Of a stretch of DNA of 64,000 bases, positions 36,770-47,230 are shown one piece after another. Every line of letters begins with the position of its first letter. Within the stretch, counting starts at the first letter, position 1. The position numbers and the translations under genes were made by a program. Source of the stretch: Phyllobates terribilis (Eukaryota); contig NW_027362762.1 of assembly GCF_046119375.1 (NCBI RefSeq), positions 839,108,001 to 839,172,000 on the forward strand, written 5' to 3'. The notes beneath the pieces are model-generated. The model was not told the origin of the DNA and searched no databases. It worked only from the letters and a program-made list of their open reading frames with translations.

Positions 36770-38509
36770 GTTACATAGTTTGTAAAGCCGAATAAAGACT
36801 TGCGTCCATCAAGTTCGACCTGTAAGTTCTGTAGTTGCTAAAGTTGATCCAGAGGAGGGCAAAAACCCCAAATGATTTAGCCAATCTTCACCTGAGGAAA
36901 AATTCCCTCCCGACTCTGAAACCAGCAGTCAGAATAAATCCCTGTATCAACCTACTATTTTATTCTATTTTTAAGTATATGCAGAAATCTGCCTGGTATC
37001 TAGAAAAGCATCCAGTCCCTGCTTGAACTGGTGTAGTGAATCCGACATTACCGTCTCCTCACTCAGTGAATTCCATATTCTCACTGCTCTTACCGTAAAG
37101 AACCCCTTCCTATGCTGGTGCTGAAACCTTTTCTCTTCCAGTCTTAGTGAGTGCCCTCTTGTTACTGTAATATCCCTCCTTTTGAACAAATCCCGGGCAA
37201 GGTCTCTATACTGTCCCCTAACATATTTGTACACATTTATTATGTCCCCCCTCAACCTTCTCTTTTCCAGGCTGAATAGTCCTAGTTTTGCCAACCTCTC
37301 TGGGTACTGCAGTCCCTCCATTCCCTTTATTAATTTTGTTGCCCTCCTTTGTACCTTTTCAAGCTCATTTATATCCTTTCTATATATTGGGGCCCATAAC
37401 TGAGCACAGTATTCCAAGTGTGGTCTGACCAGTGCTTTGTACAGTGGAAGAACAATGTTCTCATCCTTTGCAGCTATACCTCTTCTGATACATCCCATTA
37501 CCCTGTTTGCCCTTACAGCAGCGGCCTGACTTTGGGCACTCCAATTTAGTTTGCTATCAATCAAGATGCCCAAGTCCTTCTCCATCTCTGAATTCCCCAA
37601 TGATTTCCCATTCAGTGAGTACTGGTGACTTCCATTTTTCCTTCCCATATGTATGACCTTACATTTCTCCTCGTTAAACCTCATTTGCCATTTAATGCTC
37701 CACCTACCCAGCTTATCCAAATCCCTCTGAAGGTCTTCACTATCCTCTTTTGTATTAATTGTTTTACATAACTTTGTGTCATCTGCAAATATTGATATTT
37801 TACTATTTATCCCGTTGACTATGTCGTTAATAAAGATATTAAATAACATTGGGCCTAGTACAGACCCCTGTGGTACCCCACTAGTGACGCTTACCCAATC
37901 TGAGTATATTCCATTTATAACCACCCTCTGCCTTCTATCTTTTAGCCAGTTAGCTACCCACTTGCAGACATTTTCCCCCAGCCCCATCATTCTCATTTTG
38001 TATACCAACCTATTATGTGGCACGCTATCGAACGCTTTTGAGAAGTCGAGATACACGACATCCACTGGTTCCCCCTGATCTACTCGAGAGCTAACCTCCT
38101 CGTAGAAGTCAATCAGGTTTGTTTGGCAGGAGCGATTCCTCATGAATCCATGTTGGTTCGGGGTTAATAGATTATTAGCGTCAAGATGCTCCATGATTGC
38201 CTCATTAATAAAGCCTTCAAAAATTTTGCCCACAACGGACGTCAGACTCACCGGCCGATAGTTTCCGGCGTCACTTTTTGCTCCCTTTTTGAATATTGGC
38301 ACTACATTCGCCTGTCGCCAATCAAGTGGTACAGACCCAGTCTCAACAGAGTCCTTAAATATAAGATATAACGGTCTGTCTATCACATTACTTAGTTCCC
38401 TTAGTACCCGTGGGTGTATGCCATCAGGTCCTGGTGATTTGTTTATTTTAATGTTACTGAGGCGTTTCTGTACCCCAGCTTGGGTTAGATTTGTCATACT
38501 TAGTGGAGG
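36770..38509 (-). mobile_element. 5'-truncated CR1 LINE
   Basis: RT ORF followed by a short 3' UTR ending ..TTTACAAACTATGTAAC, a CR1-type terminus. Confidence 0.92.
36971..38497 (-). CDS. CR1 ORF2 reverse transcriptase (uninterrupted 508-aa C-terminal part)
   Basis: KSPGPDGIHP, YRPVSLTS, YLDFSKAFD, GVPQGSVLGP, FADDTKL, KDLGI. Confidence 0.93.
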   Translation of the reverse strand: MTNLTQAGVQKRLSNIKINKSPGPDGIHPRVLRELSNVIDRPLYLIFKDSVETGSVPLDWRQANVVPIFKKGAKSDAGNYRPVSLTSVVGKIFEGFINEAIMEHLDANNLLTPNQHGFMRNRSCQTNLIDFYEEVSSRVDQGEPVDVVYLDFSKAFDSVPHNRLVYKMRMMGLGENVCKWVANWLKDRRQRVVINGIYSDWVSVTSGVPQGSVLGPMLFNIFINDIVNGINSKISIFADDTKLCKTINTKEDSEDLQRDLDKLGRWSIKWQMRFNEEKCKVIHMGRKNGSHQYSLNGKSLGNSEMEKDLGILIDSKLNWSAQSQAAAVRANRVMGCIRRGIAAKDENIVLPLYKALVRPHLEYCAQLWAPIYRKDINELEKVQRRATKLIKGMEGLQYPERLAKLGLFSLEKRRLRGDIINVYKYVRGQYRDLARDLFKRRDITVTRGHSLRLEEKRFQHQHRKGFFTVRAVRIWNSLSEETVMSDSLHQFKQGLDAFLDTRQISAYT

Positions 38510-39608
38510 TTGCAGCCTCTACCAATATATCTTCAGTTGTGACAACATATCCAGTATGAAACCTGCCAGAGTTGTCAACATATCTTGATCCATCCGTATA
38601 TAACGTAAGTTCTGGATCATCCAAGGGTACTTCCGCCACTAAAACAAGTGGAGTTGACTCTGCAGTAATTTGTTCCAAACAATCATGCAGTGCAGCCTCT
38701 TTCCCCTCTCCTTCAGGTGCTGGTAGCAGGGTGGCCGGGTTGATGGTGGTGCACCGGTGTAACTTCACATATTCTGGCAACATCAATGAACACTGCAGCC
38801 GCAGGTGTCTCTCTGCAGACAGATGTTTAGGTTGCTGTAAAGCCAGAACAGCCGCAATATCGTGTGGAGCATGAATGTGAGTCTCATGTCCAAGGATGAT
38901 ATCCGCCATATTTTCAAGTAACTGCTGTGTGGCGTGAACCGCTCGTAGACAGCTGGGGGAGGCCATGGCTACTGGGTCCAGATGCGCTGAGTAAAACCCG
39001 ACTGGGCACTGCTTTGTACAGTGTCTTTGCGTGAGTACTTCGGCTGCATGCCCTCCCGTCTCAGAGACATAGAAATGGAAAGGTTGAGCATTGTCCGGGT
39101 TTCCAAGGGCAGGGGCTGTCATTATCCTTGATTTTAGTTGCTCAAAGGCTTGTTGCAGAAGTTCTTGGTGGTCCTTGTTGTTTATATCAGCCAGAGTGTC
39201 TTCTTTTAATGCATCATATAGGGGCTGCATCAGACATGAGGCGTCTGGGATCCATTGTCTGCAATATGTACATAGTCCAAGGAACCGTTGCAGCTCTATG
39301 GGATCTTTTGGGAATGGTAGCAGGTAGATGGCCGTCTTCGTTTATTCTCTGAGATGTCTGGCACCCTGAGTAAGGCAGTGGCCTAAGAAGACCACTTGAC
39401 CGAGGCAAAACTGAAGTTTCGAAGATGAGACTCGACAATTCAGTTTTGCTAGATGCTTGAGGAGGCTAACACTGGCCCTGATGGACATTTTCTCCGTGGG
39501 GGCACACAAAAGAAGATCATCCACGTATTGTAATAGTACTACCTCAGAGTTGTCCAGCTGCCATGGCAGCAGACAGCTAGACATGTTCTTTGCAAACTGA
39601 TTAGGCAA
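38510..39608 (-). pseudogene. pol: ERV pol: RT C-terminal part, connection domain and start of RNase H (frameshifted)
   Basis: LLQYVDDLLLC, VFLGH, FLGLCTYCRQWIP, PALGNPD..PF, LYTDGS. Confidence 0.92.
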
Positions 39609-39948
39609 AGATACCGATGGAAATAAATGGCAGGGCTAGGGTTGGGACCGCATGAAGCTGTGATGCATATGCTATGGTGTTTTGAATTGTTTCTGTGAGC
39701 AGGTGTTGTGACCTGGGTACATCCAGGGGATCATATTTTGGTCCCACAGCATGTATAACATACTGACATGATGATCTTCATCATACACATTCTGGTTGTA
39801 GTGCTGCTTGTATTGCGGGTGTGACAAGATGGCCGCCACCAAAGGGACATGTGGTCAGAGGCTGGAGGTGATGCAATGGGTGTAGCAACATGGCCGCTGC
39901 AGGAAGGGTTGGAACTTTGGGCGGACATTTTTAATTTTTAGGGAGGAA

Positions 39949-40438
39949 TGTAAAGGACATATTAATATTCATGCTATCCAATTGTAAAGGACATATTGAT
40001 ACTCATGCTATAGCAACTCCATTTTGTCTGCTTGTTTCAAAATCATGTTATTATCACTCCTTGCATAACATACATTCTTTTCTTCTTTTATCATGCAACT
40101 TTCTCACACTAACCTTTTCTCACAAGAACATTTTGTCAGACACCCTGCTCCTGTTATCTAACTAGTCTAGGCCAGGGCTGACCTTGTAAATTTCCATCGT
40201 GCTTCGAACTAACGATGATAATATGACCATATATGTATTTCCGTAATAATTGCACTAACATTGGCTCAAGCCTGAAGTATGTAGTATGGCTGTAAGTGAT
40301 TGGCTATTGATAAACTCAAAACAATATAAAATGCTAAGTAGAAATAAACGAGATTAGAGATTCTTTGAATCCTCCCATACAGAGCATTGCCTCCGTTTGG
40401 TTTTCTGTGGATTGCGCAATCAACATAATAATTTGACA
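39949..40438 (+). mobile_element. Complete ERV-type LTR preceded by a PPT
   Basis: AGGGAGGAA then TG at the start and CA at the end. GATTGG at ~40298, TATAAAA at 40325, AATAAA at 40343. Confidence 0.8.
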
Positions 40439-40634
40439 CTCACTTGGTCAACTGTGAAGGGCCATTGCCCTCCTTCAACAGCACAATGGGTGGATGATAC
40501 ACAGGCTACTCACAAAATAGTAGATTTGAAATCTCGATGGATTTATAAATGTAACAATATTGGTAAGTTGTTTTTTATTATATTCAAAGTAATTCAAAGG
40601 CTGTTGGATCCATTTGCTTGTTATTGTTGTTTTT

Positions 40635-40946
40635 TTACTTCCTGAATGCAAAATGAAACAACTTAAGCATCTAAATAGTTTTCATGATACATTTTGTACC
40701 ATTTTACAGCTGTGAAGTATGTGCAGTTGCTTTACATCGCTGGCTGTACTGCAGTTTTTGATATGAATGGGACTGCACTCTGTTCTTAGATGCTGTCCCC
40801 TAAGTTACTTCCTGAATGCACAACGAAGCAACTTAAACATCTAAACAGTTTTCATGATTTTCATGATACATTTTGTACCATTTTACTGCTGTATAGTATG
40901 TGCAATTGCTTTACATATCTGGCTGTACTGCAGTTTTTGAAATGAA
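40635..40946 (+). repeat. Tandem duplication of ~170 bp
   Basis: ACTTCCTGAATGCAA..TTTTCATGATACATTTTGTACC..GGCTGTACTGCAGTTTTTGA occurs twice. Confidence 0.8.
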
Positions 40947-40951
40947 AAAAC

Positions 40952-41591
40952 ACAAAATTTGAGCTTGGTTTAAGTTGTTATACATGCAGCACATAAATGC
41001 ATGTTTCACAATGGCCATGAATCAGAAAAAACTACAAGAAGCAAAATGAACAAAAACCCTGCTGTAAATAAATAAAAAGCAAGTGCATTTAAATAAAATA
41101 GGGTTCTTAGTAACACTGTTTTTGATCAAAAATAATATATAAGCCATCCGTTCGGGATGGTCCTACACTGTCTAATATTAAAAACCTTACCATGTGTCAA
41201 AGTTGACCTCAATGTGTGAATAAAGGCAGACAAGGACCATCCCGAACAGGTTCACCTTGTCGATGGTGAAATGGCTTATCGACAAGGTGAACCTGTTCGG
41301 GATGGTCCTTTGTCTGCCCTTATTCACACACTAAGGTCAACTTTGACACATGGTAAGGTTTTTAATATTAGACAGTGTAGGACCATCCCGAATGGATGGC
41401 TTATATATTATTTTTGATCAAACACAGTGTTACTAAGAACCCTATTTTATTTAAATGCACTTACTTTTTATTTATTTACACCAGTGTTTTTGTTTATTTT
41501 GCTTCTTGTAGGTTTTTCTGATTCATGGCCATTGTGAAACATGCATTTATGTGCTGCATGCATACCAACTTAAACCAAGCTCAAATTTTGT
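40952..41591. repeat. 640-bp near-perfect palindrome (313-bp arms, 13-nt loop), with a third partial arm at 41705-41937
   Basis: Centre CACCTTGTCGAT-ggtgaaatggctt-ATCGACAAGGTG; the arms are reverse-complementary out to ACAAAATTTGAGCTTGGTTTAAG / CTTAAACCAAGCTCAAATTTTGT. Confidence 0.93.
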
Positions 41592-43821
41592 ACTTTTTCT
41601 TTGTATTTTTTGCATTTTGTGCAAACTTGGGTCTGTCCTCCCTTCTTAGAGCTGGATAATACATTTAAAGCTTTCCTAGCCAGGTGTTCAAAGTTTAGGA
41701 CTCAGTCCTTTGTCTGCCCTTATTCACACATTGAGGTCAACTTTGACACAGGGTAAGGTTTTAAATATTAGACAGTGTAGGACCCTTCCCAACGGGTTCA
41801 CCTTGTCGATGGTGAGATGGCTTATATACTATTTTTGATCAAAAACAGTGTTACTAAGAACCCTATTTTATTTAAATGCACTTGCTTTTTATTTATTTAC
41901 AGCAGGGTTCTTGTTCATTTTGCTTCTTGTAGGTTTTAGATATTAATGGGACTGCACTCTGTTCTTAGATGCTGTCTCCTCAGTTCTAATTTTGTCTGCT
42001 CTCTGCTCTTCTCTTCTCTCCCCTTAGCATTACTAATAGCAACAGAGAATGTGGATGAGGAAGAGATCATACTCACCAAAGGAAGCTTTTGGACTGTATA
42101 ATTAGCTGAGAAAATGTGGAATATTACAGAATCTGCAGAAGAGCAAATAGGTAGCAGCATAAAGCTCTCACTTACTTTCTGCATCATCAGCTATCGGCAT
42201 GTTTGTACAGGGGATATGAGATACCTCACAGGCACTAAAAGGAGTAACTAGGACAAGCATCAAACTGTGCTGATATTTTGGAGCTACAGTTATACATTCA
42301 GCTGCATTCTGGATAAACAGAACTCACATCCATTATGTACTACTGGGAGGGAAATGCCCACATAAGAAAATTTTGAAATTTGGACCAAATTTCAAACTCA
42401 ATATCATGGGTTCTGAAAATAAATGCCCATATTAACCCTTTAGATTTTTTTTCATTAATGAATTCTCAACCGTAAATCATTACATAGATAGTAAGCTTAA
42501 TAATACCCAAAAGAGTACATAGCGCAAAAAATTGCATTTCTGATCTACAATTTTTTATTAACTGTTATTACAGTTTGTATGTTAATATTCAAAAATATAT
42601 TCGATTATTCTAGCTACAAAATCATAATTTACATTAGATTGAGACTGAAACTACATGTTTATTTTAAGAAAAATGCATGAACACACTACATTAAAACGCC
42701 CGGACAGTGTTTTAATACCGAATATTGCAGTCAATGGCCACTGAAAATCTGAAAAGAGGATTAGTAGGCTCAGATAGACATTATTTTTAAAATGCTATTT
42801 CTCCTGTGTTCAGCCTTATACAGGATTCACACTATAAAATATTAAACACACAGAACCTTTTTGCAATAAGAGCCTGCTTTATTAAATAAAAAGAGATCAA
42901 GAAATGAAATTACAGCAATGGATTTTGAAAACACTGTTGACACAGAGAATGAGACCACAGAAAAGATTGAATATCTTAACAATACATACAATATTCTATT
43001 ATTATTTTATGTTGTTGACTTTCTTTTTATCTACAGAATAAAAGACAAACAAACTGGCTAAAACGACATGATATTTACACTGCATATTCAACCTTTTCCT
43101 AGAAGCCACCTGTCTGGTAATATTACCTGTAATTACCAGATCAATATCACAGGATGTTGTCGCATTTCCCAGGGCTCTGTGTACAGATGGTGCTGCACTA
43201 CGCATATGATGAGTGAACTAAAAATTGTACACTAACCAGCTTAAGTAGCTTAAGCTTATTGTATACAGAAAATTTAAGCTTGAATTAATAAAGCATTAAG
43301 AATAAACAAAGTACTAAAAATACTGTAAGAGGAGAAAAAAATTAAGATAATTCCCTCAAAACTTACTAAAATATTGATTGTTGTCTATATAGGCCAAGAG
43401 TTCAGAGATGACTAAAATTCTACTAGGTTAGCTGTACCAGATCATCAGCTACATAAATAATACAACCATCATAAGGCAAGATGGATTCATACACCCAATG
43501 AAGATAATAAAAAACAAGGTAAAAGTCGAGGAGGAAGGAAACACAGGATAGCATAGAAGAACAAGGCAAGAATGCTAAAGAGCATAAACCTAGTGATGAT
43601 CAGGTTGGTACAAAAGTTAAGACAAAGGAGATAATAGCGGAGCTGCATTTTCTATGAAGCATGATAAGCATCTCAACTCAGGTGGTGGTCTGAAGTATGT
43701 CCTAAGGGGTGGCGGTATGGCACTGTATCCTGAACGCAAAACACAAGAGTTTTGTCCTTTTCCGAGTCGGAATATTACAAATATAATATGGGTAGGTTGA
43801 GTTTCTGCCCAGTACACAGTA

Positions 43822-44619
43822 ACGCTATGTGCCCACGATGAAGAAATGCTGCAGATTTTTTCCGCTTCTCACTGGCAGGAAAAACGCATGCAGATTTTAC
43901 ATGCGTTTTTACTGCCAGGTAGAAGCGTTTGTCAAGCGTTTTTGCAAGCAGGTTATCAAGCGCTTTTCCAAGCGATTTTAGCATCACTTGGAAAAGTGCT
44001 TGACAACTTGGTTACACTATATAAATCCATGCAACCGGCATGGATTTTATATAGTGTGACCAAGTAATAGTTAAAAAAAAAGAATAAAAATGATAAAAAA
44101 TAAAAAATAAAGATTGTGTGAAAGGACCTGCGATGACGTCATTGAGTCATGTGACAGGTCACGCGACCGCTGACGTCACATGACTAAATGACATCATGGC
44201 AGGTCCTCACACCACCACCACCCATACAACAGACCAGACTGAGCGGAGAAAACACCGGGGGACATCGGGAGGTAAGTATAATCTTTATTTTTTATTTTCA
44301 ATTCTTTTTTTTACAGGTTCGATGGTACCTGGGTCTGGAGGAAAGTCTCCTCTTCTCCAAACCCTGGTACCATCCGCACATAGAATCGCATAATATCCGT
44401 ATGTGCAAATGTGTTGACACGGATATTATGCGTTTCAATGCAAGTCAATGGTGGCAATTACACTGTGTGTCCGCAAAATTAATGGGCATGCTGCGTATTT
44501 TTCCACAATGATAATGCACGGCACATGCTGATTATCATTGGGGACCATGGGGCACGTTTTACCAAGCATTTTTTAAGTGGCAAAAATGCTTGAAAAACGC
44601 ACAGTGGGCACGCAGCCTA
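43822..44619. mobile_element. Probable T2/Kolobok-like MITE
   Basis: Imperfect TIRs GCTATGTGCCCAC / GTGGGCACGCAGC in TAA contexts. Confidence 0.4.
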
Positions 44620-45026
44620 ATACTCAGGGGATCTCAGCTGTCCAAACCAACGTAGTTTGCACAGCTGCCAGAAGTGGCCCTGGGACCGAATGGTGGATAA
44701 CTGCTATGCAGTCACGTGATATGCCAACAGTGTTTCATAGAAGACATTGGTGATTCTTACCTGAACCTCCGGTCTTCTGTATTCTGATTTCCCCTATGGT
44801 CTATTGCTGACTTCAGTTACTTCCTGAGACCAAGAATCCTCAAATTTTATGTAAGTATATGTAAATTTCTTTGTGTATGTACTTGTAGATACCTATACAT
44901 CTCCTGCTGTGTGTGCTATATAAATTTCATCTTTGTGTGAATGTACAGTATATGTACAAAAATGAATATTTGTGTCAATGTACTTGTAGAAATGTGTGTA
45001 TGTGATACTAAGATATGTTAAGATGT

Positions 45027-45290
45027 TTATTATTATTCATTATGCTTTTCTTATATAGCACCATCATATTCCACAGCACTTTTCAGATATTGTCATCACT
45101 GTCACCTTTGGGGGTCACAATCTACATTCCTATCAGTATGTCTATAGAGTGTGAGAGGAAACCAGAGGGAGGAAACCCTTGCAAACACGGGGAGAACATA
45201 CAAACTCCTTGCAGATGTCATCCTTCATGAGACTTGAACCCAGGACCCCAGCGCTGCAAGACTGCAGTGCTAGCCACTGTGCCACCATGC
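45027..45290 (-). mobile_element. SINE (V-SINE-like)
   Basis: (TTA)n tail with TTATATAGC, a GGAAACC..GGGGAGAACATACAAACTCC core, and a tRNA-like head (TTGAACCCAGGACCCCAGCGCTGCAAG..GCTAGCCACTGTGCCACC). Confidence 0.75.
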
Positions 45291-45872
45291 TTATATCATG
45301 TTATAAGAGAATTTATGGATTGTTACATGTGTGCGGGATCATAGCCAATAACAGTACAGGAATACAGCATTATGGTGGGCTATATGGAAACCTGGCTGGA
45401 TGAAAGCCTTGACTGGTGACAAACATAGAGGGTTACACTACATTCAGTAAGGACAAGAAAGATTGTCAACACGATTTTCAACACTTAGAGTCATGTGACG
45501 ACTAGCTTCTCTTCCAGCTTCTTTCAATGAAGCAGGAGCTCTGGCTTTTCACTAAACAATGAGAGAATCAGGAAGAACAGTGCATTGGAATGTAACAGTA
45601 AGTATGCAAATTGCATATGAGCTTTCACTTGACAACCACTCAAAAGGCTTAAGCTATGTATTGGAGAAGGCGCCAAACTGAATTTGACCCAGGTGCAAGA
45701 AAATCTAGTTTTGCTTATGGCATATCTATAATGTCATTTATCGACCATTACAAAGTGAGCTGCCAACAGCAGATCTTGATGTGCGTATCCAAGTGCATTC
45801 AGCATGACAAAACATTCCTCAGACACCAATCAATAGCCTAAATGATAACATGCCAAGACAGGTAAGTGCATA

Positions 45873-46870
45873 TGACGCGCCCCTGGGCCTGCTTTCTGGT
45901 GTAGCGTTGCGCACGCAGGGGTTACCCGGAGCCGGATCTATTAGGGGTGGTAGTCCTTGTGGCGGTGACCCGGTCCGTGCCCAGGGAGTCAGACTGAGTG
46001 GCGGTGTACGTAGCAGTAGATATTGGACGACTACGCCACCCGTTGAATGCAGCTATGGAGCCGCCGCTGCAGGGCAGACCGCTGAGGCCGGTGACACAGT
46101 TGTGCAGCGGAGATGGTATAACCCCCAACGGGAGGGGTATGGCCTCAGGGCAGCCGACGTGGATGATGGGGGTAGCAGGAACCACTCGGAGACGGTACAG
46201 TGTAGTTCAGGGTCTTTACTGGTGACAAAGACAGACCCTCCCGGAGTACTGGCTAGCGAATGGGGCCTGGTCAGTCCTTGAGCAGATGGGATTTCCCCTG
46301 GCCAGGCGGAGCTGTAGGCCTCCCCAACTAACTGTACTCTTCTGGCTACCTTGCTAGAGGCGGGTAAAAGTAGCCCACGTCCCTGAGTGTACCGTGTGGT
46401 GCTCACCCGTATGGCCGGTGACTCGGGGCCTTCTATTTGCTTCCGCTCCACGACGGCGGTGCTGGTCCCACGCGTGTGACCGTGCCTTCGGGTTTCTTGG
46501 CCAGAGGACCGGAAATCCCCTGCCTGACGGATTCTGCTGCTGGGTAAAAGTTAGTCCCCACAGCCTCGGACTCCGGGTCCGGTGAGAAAGCTTCGATCAG
46601 GGCGAGCTCTACAGCTACCAGCCCCTGACCTCTTCTTAGCACGATTCCCACAGAGCTCCTGGTCTTTCTTTCCTATTACTGCTTCTCTTCTTCTCTCTAC
46701 TCTTCTCCCTAACCCTGCCTCAGCCCCAGGTTTATATAAGGGAAGTTCTTCCCCTCCCAGGACTGGGCAGGAGGTGTGGCATGCATAGGATCCCTGACCA
46801 AGAGACCTCCCACCTGCTCTCAGACATAACATTGCTGTTACTGTGGAAACCAGACCCCTGGGGTGCCACA
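45873..46870 (-). repeat. Gypsy 3' LTR
   Basis: 998 bp; I found 4 substitutions by eye versus 52698-53695. Confidence 0.96.
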
Positions 46871-46880
46871 TTCCCCCCTA
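46871..46880 (-). promoter_or_regulatory. Polypurine tract
   Basis: TAGGGGGGAA abuts the TG start of the 3' LTR on the minus strand. Confidence 0.9.
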
Positions 46881-47230
46881 GTGAAATTTAGTACTCCGGG
46901 ACTAAACATATTTTTAGAAAAACATAACAAGGTATAAACAATAATAATACAATAAGAAAAACACATAAAAATGGTTACGGCGTGTCCGCAACCGGGTGCA
47001 GTTTTGAAGAAAAGCAAGGTGTCCATTTCACCAAAACAGGGAGACGTAACCAGGTAGGGGTCTGTCCTGCCCCGAGTCCTTAACAGTCTTTAGTCCATTC
47101 CTAGGTTACGCTCCAACCAATTGTACAAGGATTCCCGATAAATCCACCAAGGACTCCTAAAAATAACTAGAAACACATAATTATTTACAAGTAACAGACA
47201 GGTGACCACAAATAAAACAATTTAAACACT

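Larger units (their letters stand above)
16540..39608 (-). mobile_element. Defective class I (gamma/epsilon-like) endogenous retrovirus, interrupted by hAT copy 1 and a CR1
   Basis: Minus-strand order RT (QYVDD), RNase H (YTDGS), integrase, env, then a PPT-like AAGGGGGGA followed by TG at 16642. gag and protease are absent. Confidence 0.9.

Noticed and set aside
42176-42233. Exon-like segment with good minus-strand splice signals
   Set aside because: Stop codons occur in all three frames.
45850-46871. Many overlapping ORFs in the GC-rich LTRs (also 19159-20000, 52350-53696 and 56469-57266)
   Set aside because: These are expected by-products of GC-rich sequence; they recur only because the LTRs are repeated and show no recognisable domains.
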